Assembly: GCA_046726415.1 (NCBI GenBank)
Contig: JBKPAK010000044.1
Coordinates: forward strand, 1-11,082
DNA length: 11,082 nucleotides
DNA from: Candidatus Methylomirabilota bacterium
Lineage (GTDB): Bacteria; Methylomirabilota; Methylomirabilia; Rokubacteriales; CSP1-6
Direction: 5' to 3'
In this document: positions 1 to 7,173 of the stretch, piece after piece
Layout: each line of letters begins with the position of its first letter
How positions within the stretch are numbered: position 1 is the stretch's first letter
Program-made: the position numbers and the translations under genes
Notes under the pieces: model-generated
Seen by the model: only the letters and a program-made list of their open reading frames with translations
Database searches by the model: none
Told to the model about the DNA's origin: nothing

Positions 1-36
1 GTTGAGACCCCCCACGTCTATAATGTTGGGGGGCCT
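1..36 (-). other. In-frame continuation after the TAG (RPPNIIDVGGLN...), likely the start of the second NBD; runs off the window edge
   Basis: Same frame as 37..1065. IIDVGGLN resembles the hydrophobic first strand (vLeVxgL) that opens the second NBD of CUT2 ATPases. Only 12 codons are visible. Confidence 0.5.
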
Positions 37-283
37 CTAACGGCCCCCCAAACCCCCCCGACGCTGGACGCGCCCCGGCGGAGCCGGGCCGCTCCTCGAT
101 TCCGCGGGAGGTTGGGGAGGCCTGACAACGGTCGCCGACGCTCCGTCACACCCCGGGGCAGCCGGGGCGCTCGTCGATTCCGCAGGAGGTTGGGGAGGCC
201 TGACAACGGTCCCCGACGCCAGGTCATACCCGGGGGAATCCGGGGCGCTCCTCAATTCCGCGGGAGGTTGGGGAGGCCTGACA
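25..283. repeat. Tandem array of palindromic repeat units (starts at 25, 111, 189, 267; periods 86, 78, 78 bp)
   Basis: GTTGGGGAGGCCTGACA occurs identically at 111-127, 189-205 and 267-283. The related GTTGGGGGGCCTCTAACGG is at 25. Each full unit carries a CCCGG...CCGGG hairpin (70-92, 151-167, 229-244). Confidence 0.92.
26..51. repeat. Perfect inverted repeat TTGGGGGGCC-tctaac-GGCCCCCCAA (REP-like palindrome)
   Basis: 10-bp perfect stem with a 6-nt loop, read directly from the sequence. Confidence 0.9.
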
Positions 284-1065
284 GGGGGGGCCGATTCGCC
301 AATCATCAGCTCGACCAGGCCTGCCTCGTCCAGCTCCGCACGCTCCAAGGTCGCAACCCGCCCGCCACCGCGCATGACTGTCACCCGATCGCAATTCGCG
401 AGGATCTCGCGGATCTTGTGGGTGATGAAGATGACCGTCAGACCCCGGCCGGTCATGGCCCGGACCGTGGCGAAGAGCGTGTCGACCTCCTGGGGAGTCA
501 ACATCGTGGTGGGCTCGTCGAGAATGAGGATGTCGACGCCGCGGTAGAGGGCCTTGAGGATCTCGACCTTCTGCTGAACGCCGGCGGCCAGCCGGCTGAC
601 CTCGACGTCCAGCTCAAGGGCCAGCCCGAAGCAGCGAGCCACGTCGTCTACAGCCGCACGCTGGCGATGGACCATGAGGCGCCAGCGGCTCCCCTCGCGC
701 CCCAGAAGGATGTTCTCGAGAGCGGTGAAGTTCGGGATCAGCTCGACGTGCTGGTGAACCATGCCGATCCCGTGGCGGAGCGCGTCGACAGGCGAAGCGA
801 TGCTGACGTGGCGATCATCGAGAGCGATCTCGCCGCGGTCGGCGCGATATAGACCACTGAGGATGTTCATCAGCGTGGTCTTGCCGGCGCCGTTCTCACC
901 GAGAAGACCATGGATCTCGCCGCGCCCCGCGGCGAAGTCGACGTCACGCAGGGCGACCGTTTCGCCGAAACGCTTGGCGATCCCGGACATTTGGAGTTTG
1001 GAGGGGGCGCGACGCCCCCTCCAAACCTCCCCGTGTACGCGAGGTGTCACGCCGCGCTCATCCAA
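37..1065 (-). CDS. ABC transporter ATP-binding protein, sugar/nucleoside CUT2 type: first NBD plus repeat-encoded tail; probably interrupted by an in-frame TAG before a second NBD
   Basis: Walker A GENGAGKTT, Q-loop GMVHQH, degenerate signature LAAGVQQKVEILKAL, Walker B ILILDEPT, H-loop ITHK, and the typical end-of-NBD1 motif LVELMIG. Start is uncertain (TTG 1065 or ATG 990). The C-terminal ~85 aa are encoded by repeats. Confidence 0.9.
   Translation of the reverse strand: MDERGVTPRVHGEVWRGRRAPSKLQMSGIAKRFGETVALRDVDFAAGRGEIHGLLGENGAGKTTLMNILSGLYRADRGEIALDDRHVSIASPVDALRHGIGMVHQHVELIPNFTALENILLGREGSRWRLMVHRQRAAVDDVARCFGLALELDVEVSRLAAGVQQKVEILKALYRGVDILILDEPTTMLTPQEVDTLFATVRAMTGRGLTVIFITHKIREILANCDRVTVMRGGGRVATLERAELDEAGLVELMIGESAPPVRPPQPPAELRSAPDSPGYDLASGTVVRPPQPPAESTSAPAAPGCDGASATVVRPPQPPAESRSGPAPPGRVQRRGGLGGR
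996..1026. repeat. Perfect inverted repeat GTTTGGAGGGGGCG-cga-CGCCCCCTCCAAAC (REP-like palindrome) in the ATPase 5' region
   Basis: 14-bp perfect stem with a 3-nt loop. It translates in the ATPase frame as part of GEVWRGRRAPSK. Confidence 0.9.
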
Positions 1066-1149
1066 CGCTCTTGATCAGCTGGAAGGGGGCGCGACGCCCC
1101 CTCCAAACCTCCCCGTGTACGCGAGGTGTCACGCCGCGCTCATCCAACG
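1002..1149. repeat. 66-bp perfect direct repeat, two copies (1002-1067 and 1084-1149; period 82 bp)
   Basis: Both copies read AGGGGGCGCGACGCCCCCTCCAAACCTCCCCGTGTACGCGAGGTGTCACGCCGCGCTCATCCAACG and are separated by 16 unique bp. Confidence 0.97.
1058..1147 (-). CDS. Putative 29-aa leader mini-ORF (MDERGVTPRVHGEVWRGRRAPFQLIKSVG), a duplicate of the ATPase N-terminus
   Basis: TTG at 1147 lies 5 nt after a strong Shine-Dalgarno GGAGGAGG (1160-1153). Its TGA (1060-1058) lies just past the ATPase TTG at 1065 (TTGGATGA). Confidence 0.4.
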   Translation of the reverse strand: MDERGVTPRVHGEVWRGRRAPFQLIKSVG

Positions 1150-1163
1150 TTGCCTCCTCCCCA

Positions 1164-2159
1164 TCAAGGTGTCTTGTCGGCGATCTCGGGGATGGGCTTG
1201 CCGCCCGCGACTTCCTTGAAGATCCCTCGGACACGGGTGGCGACGTCGGGGGGGACGTTGCGGATCTCCGACAGCTCCATGCCGCTGCCCGGGCGCATCT
1301 CGTAGTAGCCGGTGCGCTCGCCCTTGAGGATTTTCCCGACGATCTCGGCGTACGGCTTGTTGAAGTCGAAGAGGAGGGAGACGGTCATGTGCTTGGGCGC
1401 CAGGTCCCACTTCTCGGTGTAGAACGTCGTGAGGAGAACGGGCCGCGGGGCGGCCTTCACCGCTTCCACCACCCCGGAAAGACCGAGGTTCACGAAGACC
1501 ACGAGGAAGTCGGCGCCGGCAGCGATCTGCGCCTCCGCGGTCTGGCGCGCCTTCTCCGGGTCGTTGAAGTCCCCCACGACGTTGTACAGAAGCTGCGCCT
1601 GGGGGTTCAGGTCCTTGACGGCGAGGGCCACGGAGTTCACCGAGGTGATCACGTCGGGCAGGCGCACCCCCGCCACCATCCCGACCTTGTTGGTCTTGGT
1701 GGCCAGCGCGCCCAGGGCGCCCAGCACGTAGAAGCCCTGGTAGAACTTGCGGCCGATGTTCCAGGCGTTGCCGGGCAGGTTGGGCAGCCGTCCCGACGCT
1801 TCCTGGATGAAGGTCACCGGCGCGAACTGCGGCGCGAGCTTGTTCATGATGGGGATGAACTGACCACCGTGGTTGGCGATGATGTCGTACCCCGCCGCGA
1901 TGTACTCTCGCGTGATGCGCTCGGCGTCGGCCACCACCACCGACTCGGAGTGTGAGACCTGAAGGTTATACGCCTTGGCGAGCTGCTGGAGGGCGAGATA
2001 ACCCACGGCGTTGAAGTCGGCGTCCTGGATCGGGCCCGGCATGATCATCGCCATCTTGCGCCGCGCCTGGGCGGCGACGAGCTCGGGATGGAGCCCCATC
2101 GTGGCCGCGTTCGCGGTCGTCGCGGCGAGCGTCAGTTCGAGAAAGTGCCGTCTACGCAT
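1164..2159 (-). CDS. BMP/PnrA-like (basic membrane protein family) ABC substrate-binding protein with Tat signal peptide
   Basis: Motifs PGPIQDADFNAVGY, GYDIIANHGGQF, TKTNKVGMVAG, GDFNDPEKARQTAEAQIAAGAD. N-terminal RRRHFL twin-arginine motif. AGGAGG RBS at 2172-2167. Confidence 0.9.
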   Translation of the reverse strand: MRRRHFLELTLAATTANAATMGLHPELVAAQARRKMAMIMPGPIQDADFNAVGYLALQQLAKAYNLQVSHSESVVVADAERITREYIAAGYDIIANHGGQFIPIMNKLAPQFAPVTFIQEASGRLPNLPGNAWNIGRKFYQGFYVLGALGALATKTNKVGMVAGVRLPDVITSVNSVALAVKDLNPQAQLLYNVVGDFNDPEKARQTAEAQIAAGADFLVVFVNLGLSGVVEAVKAAPRPVLLTTFYTEKWDLAPKHMTVSLLFDFNKPYAEIVGKILKGERTGYYEMRPGSGMELSEIRNVPPDVATRVRGIFKEVAGGKPIPEIADKTP

Positions 2160-2180
2160 CGGGGATCCTCCTGATGAGCG

Positions 2181-3119
2181 TCATCCACGGGCCTCGCGAT
2201 CGTAGGGCACGGCGAGCGCCCGCGGGGCGCTCGCCCCGCGATAGATCCGCACGAGCACTGCGAGGGCGAAGAGGTACGGGAGCATGAGCAGGAACTGGGG
2301 CGGGATCGCCTTGGTGCCCATCCCCACCTTGAACTGGAACGCTTCGACGTAGGCGAAGAGGAGCGCACCGGCCAGCGCGGTGAACGGCATCCACCGGCCG
2401 AAGATGACGAGCATAAGGGCCAGCCAGCCGCGCCCCGCGGTCATGTTATCGCTAAAGCTGCCGGTCAGTACAAGGGGAAGGTATGCGCCGCCGAGGCCGA
2501 TGAGGAGGCCGCCCACCGCGGCGGCCCCATAGCGGAGAGCCGCCACGTCGATGCCGAGCGCGTCGACCGCCCGCGGATTCTCGCCCGTCGCGCGAAGCCG
2601 AAGGCCCCACGGCGTCTTGAACAGCGCCGCGTGCACCAGCGGCACCAGGCCGAGGGCGACGTAGGCGAGCACCGTATGCCGGAACAGGACGGGCCCGACC
2701 ACGGGCAACTCGGCAAGCCCTGGCAGCGGCAGCAGAGGCAAGGTGGGGATCTGGGGCGGACTGGTGCGGACGCCGAACACGGTCCGGAAAAGGAGCGACG
2801 AGAGGCCGATGCCGAGCACATAGAGGCCGAGACCCACCGTGATCTGCGGGCCGCGCAGGGCAATTGCATAGCAGGCGAGCACGAGCGCCATGATGGCGGC
2901 CACGCTGGTGGCGGCGGCGATCCCCGCCGTCGCGCTGTGCGTCTGCCAGGTGACGATGAAGCAGACCACGGCCGCCACCAGCATCATGCCCTCGACGCCC
3001 ACGTTGAGGATCCCGCTCCGCTCGATGATCAGCTCGCCGAGCGCGGCAATGATCAGGGGCGAGGCGTACACGAGCGTCTGCTGGAGCAGGTGAGGATCGA
3101 GGAGCAGAGCGGGGGTCAT
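2181..3119 (-). CDS. ABC transporter permease, nucleoside/sugar CUT2 type (BPD_transp_2, YufQ/NupC-like)
   Basis: Motifs AALGELIIERSGILNVGVEGMML, TPWGLRLRATGENPRAVDALGIDV, MTAGRGWLALMLVIFGRW, LMLPYL; multiple hydrophobic segments. ATGA overlap with the upstream gene. Confidence 0.93.
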   Translation of the reverse strand: MTPALLLDPHLLQQTLVYASPLIIAALGELIIERSGILNVGVEGMMLVAAVVCFIVTWQTHSATAGIAAATSVAAIMALVLACYAIALRGPQITVGLGLYVLGIGLSSLLFRTVFGVRTSPPQIPTLPLLPLPGLAELPVVGPVLFRHTVLAYVALGLVPLVHAALFKTPWGLRLRATGENPRAVDALGIDVAALRYGAAAVGGLLIGLGGAYLPLVLTGSFSDNMTAGRGWLALMLVIFGRWMPFTALAGALLFAYVEAFQFKVGMGTKAIPPQFLLMLPYLFALAVLVRIYRGASAPRALAVPYDREARG

Positions 3120-5011
3120 ACTGGCGGCGTCATCACGGAATCCACTTCGGCGTGGTCGCGGCCGGCGAGCTGGCGATAGCCTGGTCCCCGGTCGAAGAAG
3201 GGCAGAGGCCCTCGCGCGGCGCGCATGCCAGCCCGGAGGGCCTCGGTCGCGGAGTGATCCAGGTCACATTCAGGCGGGTCCGCGCCGGGATGACTGACAA
3301 GCGCCACGCCGTAGTCCTCGCGGGCACTCCGCTCGCTGATCTTGCCCTCTAGGACGTCGAGCGCGACTAGCGCCGGTTCGCGGTCGAGGGGATCGCCCCA
3401 GCCGCCTCCACCGGTTGTCTCGACGCGCACGAGCGTACCGGCCGGGATGGGCTCGTCGTCCACGAGGCCGGGCAACACGCGTTCGCGGGGGCCGCCGGGG
3501 TCGACGGTCACCCGGAAAGGTGCGCCGGCCTTGCCCCCATTGAGTCCCCAGCACGAAAGAATGGCGCGGTCGGCGATGGAGAGGAACGCGCTGTCGCACA
3601 GGACGCGGAACTCCTTGAGGTAGCCGAGACCGCCCCGGCGCTTCCCCGCCCCTCCTGAGTCGGTGGCCAGGGCGAGCCGCTCTACCCGCAGGGGAAACCG
3701 CGTCTCCGTGAACTCGGCCGGGAGGTTCTTGCTGTCCGGCACCACGTGAATCGTGTCGGAGCCATCCGCATAGTGGCGCCCACCCGAGCCGCCGCCCAGC
3801 ACCTCGCGCATGAGGTAGAACTGGCCGTCGGCGTCCCGACCGTGAAAGCCGGTGTAGCGGATCGTCTCCTGATCGGCGGGCATGCGACCGCCGACCGCCT
3901 TGGCGATGGCGCCGGCCAGGATCCCGAGCAGGCGCAGGATGACGAACGTCCGCGCATTGGTGGGCGCCGGGAAGACCGGGGTGAGGAGGGTGCCCGGTGG
4001 GGGAAAGCGCAGCTCGATGAGGGGCACCACGCCCTCGTTGACGTCCAGCTCGGCCATGCGCTCGGGCGTGTCCGCGAGATTGCGCAGGATGGGGGCCAGC
4101 CACTTCTTGAGAAAGACGCCGTCGGCGTAGTTGCCGGCGTGGTTGATGGGTCCCTTGGCCTGCGGGCTGGTCCCGGTGAAGTCGATGATGAGGCCGTCGT
4201 CCGACTTGGTCAGGGAAATGCGTTGCGCGTGTAGGCGCGGAGGATCGACGCCGTCGTGCTCGGCGTAGTCCTCCCACACATAGGTTCCATTCGGGATCTT
4301 GGCCAGCAGCTCGCGCTTGAAGACTTCCGTGGTCTTGTCGAGAATGGACTGGAAGCACGCTTCCACCTGGTGGCGGCCGTACCGCCGGAAGAGATCGGCC
4401 ATGCGCGCGGCGCCCATCCGGCAGGCGGACACCTCGCTGTCGAGGTCGCCGCGCAGGCTGTCGGGGAGGCGGGAATTGCGCACGAGGATCTTGATGACGT
4501 CCTCGTTGGGCCGCCCCTCTACGGCGATGCGCACCGGCGGCACGATCAGCCCTTCCTGGTAGGCGCTGGTGGCGTGTGAGGGCATCGATCCTGGCACGGC
4601 GCCGCCGATGTCGTCGTGGTGGCCGAAGGCCTGCACGAACGCCACCACGTCGCCCTCGTGGAATACCGGCACCGTCACGCAGAGATCGGGCAGGTGGCCG
4701 ATGCCGCCCTCGGAGCCGTACACGTCGTTGTGGAAGAACACGTCGCCCGGACACATGGCCGCCGGCGGGAAGTCGCGCACGACCGGCTGAACAAGGGCGG
4801 AGTAGGAGCGCCCCGTCAGCTTGCGGCAGTGGCGATCGTGAATACCGGCGCGGAAGTCGCGCGCTTCGCGGATCATGGGTGAGCGCGAGGTCCGCTCGAT
4901 AGCCGCCTCGACTTCCGCTTCTACGGAGGCGAGCGCGCCCTCCACGACCTGGAGGACGATGGGATCGACGGGGACTCTGCTCCCGCCCTCGCCCCGGGCA
5001 TCAGAGCTCAT
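3116..5011 (-). CDS. Hydantoinase B / oxoprolinase family protein (HyuB-like, metal-binding subunit of an ATP-dependent lactam/cyclic-amide hydrolase)
   Basis: Motifs RTSRSPMIREARDF, PGDVFFHNDVY...GHLPD, GHHDDIGGAVPGS, YQEGLIVPPVR, DSGGAGKRRGGLG, TTGGGGWGDPLDR. Confidence 0.93.
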   Translation of the reverse strand: MSSDARGEGGSRVPVDPIVLQVVEGALASVEAEVEAAIERTSRSPMIREARDFRAGIHDRHCRKLTGRSYSALVQPVVRDFPPAAMCPGDVFFHNDVYGSEGGIGHLPDLCVTVPVFHEGDVVAFVQAFGHHDDIGGAVPGSMPSHATSAYQEGLIVPPVRIAVEGRPNEDVIKILVRNSRLPDSLRGDLDSEVSACRMGAARMADLFRRYGRHQVEACFQSILDKTTEVFKRELLAKIPNGTYVWEDYAEHDGVDPPRLHAQRISLTKSDDGLIIDFTGTSPQAKGPINHAGNYADGVFLKKWLAPILRNLADTPERMAELDVNEGVVPLIELRFPPPGTLLTPVFPAPTNARTFVILRLLGILAGAIAKAVGGRMPADQETIRYTGFHGRDADGQFYLMREVLGGGSGGRHYADGSDTIHVVPDSKNLPAEFTETRFPLRVERLALATDSGGAGKRRGGLGYLKEFRVLCDSAFLSIADRAILSCWGLNGGKAGAPFRVTVDPGGPRERVLPGLVDDEPIPAGTLVRVETTGGGGWGDPLDREPALVALDVLEGKISERSAREDYGVALVSHPGADPPECDLDHSATEALRAGMRAARGPLPFFDRGPGYRQLAGRDHAEVDSVMTPPV

Positions 5012-7173
5012 GTCGTCGCCCGCGAGAGGATCATGTTGGTGAAGCGGTCGACCTCGACGCGTTGACCGGGAAAGACGACCGTGGTGGCCCCGTATTCCTC
5101 GACGATGGCCGGGCCGGGCACGGCGTCACCGGGCTGGAGCCGTGCGCGCTCGTACACGGCACAGTCATGCGCGCGAGCGTCGAAGATCACGGGCCGGCGG
5201 CCGATGAGCGCCCGCTCGATGCGACCATCGGAGGGCGGGCGCTCCCGCAGCTTAGGGCGGTCGATGGGGCCAATCCCGGTGACCCGGAGATTGACCCACT
5301 CGATGGTCTGCCGGCCCGTCGGACCGCTGGCCCCGGTCTCGCGGTAGCTGTAACCGTAGCGCTTCTCGTGCGCCGCGTGGAAGCGCTCGGCCGCCACCGC
5401 CGCCGAGCGCGCATCGAGCGGGCCGGCCGGCAGCTCCACCGCCACCTCCCACGCCTGACCGAAGTACCGCATGTCGGCCGAACGCATGAAGCGCATCTGC
5501 TCCTGGTGGAACCCTTCGCGCTGGAGCGCCTCGCCCGCCTGGTTCTCCAGGCGCCCGAGATGGGCGTTGATGGTGGCGCAGTCGAGCCGATCCTGGCGCT
5601 GCACGAAGGTCTGCACGTAGTCGTTGCGCAGGTCGACGACGAGGAGGCCGAGCGCGGACACGTTGCCCGGGCTGGGCGGGATCAGCGCCGCGCGCAGGTG
5701 CAAGAGGTCGAGGAGACGTCCGGCCAGGAGCGGGCCCGAGCCTCCGAAGGCGACCAGGGTGTAATCGCGTGGATCGAGCCCGCGCCGCACGGAGACGTGC
5801 TGGATGGCGTTGGCCTGATTCCAGGCCGCGATCTCGAGAATGCCCTCGGCGAGCCGCGCGGCGTCGAGACCGAGGCGCGCCCCGAGCTCGGTCAGTCCCC
5901 GTTCAGCCACCTCGCGCGTGAGCGGAATCTCTCCGGCCAGGAGGTGCGCCGGGATGCGGCCGAGCACGAGGTGCGCGTCGGTGACCGTCGGTTCGGTGCC
6001 GCCGCACCCGTAGCAGAGCGGACCGGGGTCGGCGCCCGCGCTGCGCGGCCCTACCTTGAGGCCGCCGTCGGCCGCGAGCCAGGCTACGCTTCCGCCCCCG
6101 CTGCCGACGGTCACGATGTCGATCATGGGGACTTTGACGGGGAAGCGTCCCACGGCGCCGTCCGTGGTCAGCCCCGGCGTGCCGTGCTCCACCAGGCAGA
6201 CATCGGTGCTGGTCCCGCCCGCGTCGGCGGTGAGGATGTGATCGAATCCGGCGGCCTGGGCGAGGAGGCTCGCCCCCAGCGCGCCGGCCGCGGGGCCGCT
6301 CAGGATCGTAGTGATCGGCTGGCGCGTCACCTCTCGAGCGGAGATGATCCCCCCGTTGGACTTCATCACGTAGAAGGGAAGGCTCGCGCCCAGCGTGGCA
6401 TCGAGACGCGCCTGGATTGCTCCGACATAGTCGGCCACGCGCGACTTCACGAACGCGTCGACCAGCGTGGTCACCGTGCGCTCGTACTCGCGATACTCCG
6501 GGAGCACCTCCGACGACATGGAGACGTGCGCCGCCGGATGCTCGCGGGCGAGCACCGCGCCCATGCGGCGCTCGTGGTCGGGATTCGCGTAGGCATGGAT
6601 GAAGCTCACCCCGATCGAGGTGACGCCCTTCCGTTTGAACCAGCGCGCCACCTCGATGGCCGCCGCCTCGTCGAGCCGGCGCAGGACCTCGCCCCGGACG
6701 CTCATGCGCTCCGGCACCTCCCGCACGAGGTGGAGCGGCACGATGCGCTCGGGCTTCACCCAGAAGTACGAGTTGCCGTAGCCGCGGGGGACGGCCTGTC
6801 GCGCGATTTCGAGGACGTGGCGGAAGCCGTCAGTGGTGACGAGTCCGAGGCCTGAAAAGTTCTCCTGGAGGAGGGCGTTGGTGGCCACGGTCGTGCCGTG
6901 CGAGACCGCGAGAACTCGCCCGCCACCGACGACGGCCAGGATCTTGCGGATTCCGTCCAGCACGGCGACCGACGGATCGTGGGGAGTCGACGGGGTCTTG
7001 GTGGTGAAGATCTCGCCTGTGGCCTCGTCGACGGCCACCACATCGGTGAAGGTTCCGCCCGTGTCGATGCCGATGCGAAAGCAGCGCTCAGGCACGCGTG
7101 GCGTTCTCACTGGAGGAATCGAGGCGCCCCTCGCATCCTCCTCCGTCCGCGCGCGGCGTGACCATGGGGTCAT
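5008..7173 (-). CDS. Hydantoinase A / oxoprolinase family protein (HyuA-like, ATP-binding subunit)
   Basis: Motifs GIDTGGTFTD, HGTTVATNALL, EYREYER, SGPAAG, DAGGTSTD, GSGGGS, VGPRSAGADPGPLCYG, AFGGSGP, DMRYFGQ, GPAIVEE. ATG overlaps the DUF1116 gene stop (ATGA). A later GTG start near 7095 is possible. Confidence 0.94.
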   Translation of the reverse strand: MTPWSRRARTEEDARGASIPPVRTPRVPERCFRIGIDTGGTFTDVVAVDEATGEIFTTKTPSTPHDPSVAVLDGIRKILAVVGGGRVLAVSHGTTVATNALLQENFSGLGLVTTDGFRHVLEIARQAVPRGYGNSYFWVKPERIVPLHLVREVPERMSVRGEVLRRLDEAAAIEVARWFKRKGVTSIGVSFIHAYANPDHERRMGAVLAREHPAAHVSMSSEVLPEYREYERTVTTLVDAFVKSRVADYVGAIQARLDATLGASLPFYVMKSNGGIISAREVTRQPITTILSGPAAGALGASLLAQAAGFDHILTADAGGTSTDVCLVEHGTPGLTTDGAVGRFPVKVPMIDIVTVGSGGGSVAWLAADGGLKVGPRSAGADPGPLCYGCGGTEPTVTDAHLVLGRIPAHLLAGEIPLTREVAERGLTELGARLGLDAARLAEGILEIAAWNQANAIQHVSVRRGLDPRDYTLVAFGGSGPLLAGRLLDLLHLRAALIPPSPGNVSALGLLVVDLRNDYVQTFVQRQDRLDCATINAHLGRLENQAGEALQREGFHQEQMRFMRSADMRYFGQAWEVAVELPAGPLDARSAAVAAERFHAAHEKRYGYSYRETGASGPTGRQTIEWVNLRVTGIGPIDRPKLRERPPSDGRIERALIGRRPVIFDARAHDCAVYERARLQPGDAVPGPAIVEEYGATTVVFPGQRVEVDRFTNMILSRATT

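Noticed and set aside
25..283. CRISPR array interpretation of the 78-bp periodic repeats
   Set aside because: The intervening segments are homologous to each other rather than unique spacers, the array is in frame within a gene, and no cas genes are present.
996..1149. IS element, attachment site or riboswitch
   Set aside because: No transposase or integrase, no terminal inverted repeat pair with target duplication, and no riboswitch consensus that I recognise.
112..1955. Plus-strand ORFs 112..852, 761..1219 and 1044..1955
   Set aside because: Antisense to well-supported ATPase and BMP genes, with no family motifs.
3270..4754. 494-aa alternative-frame minus-strand ORF
   Set aside because: Arg/Pro/Gly-rich off-frame translation inside hyuB.
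3116..7173. Specific assignment as 5-oxoprolinase, N-methylhydantoinase or acetone carboxylase
   Set aside because: Family motifs alone do not resolve the substrate, and no acetone carboxylase gamma subunit is present.
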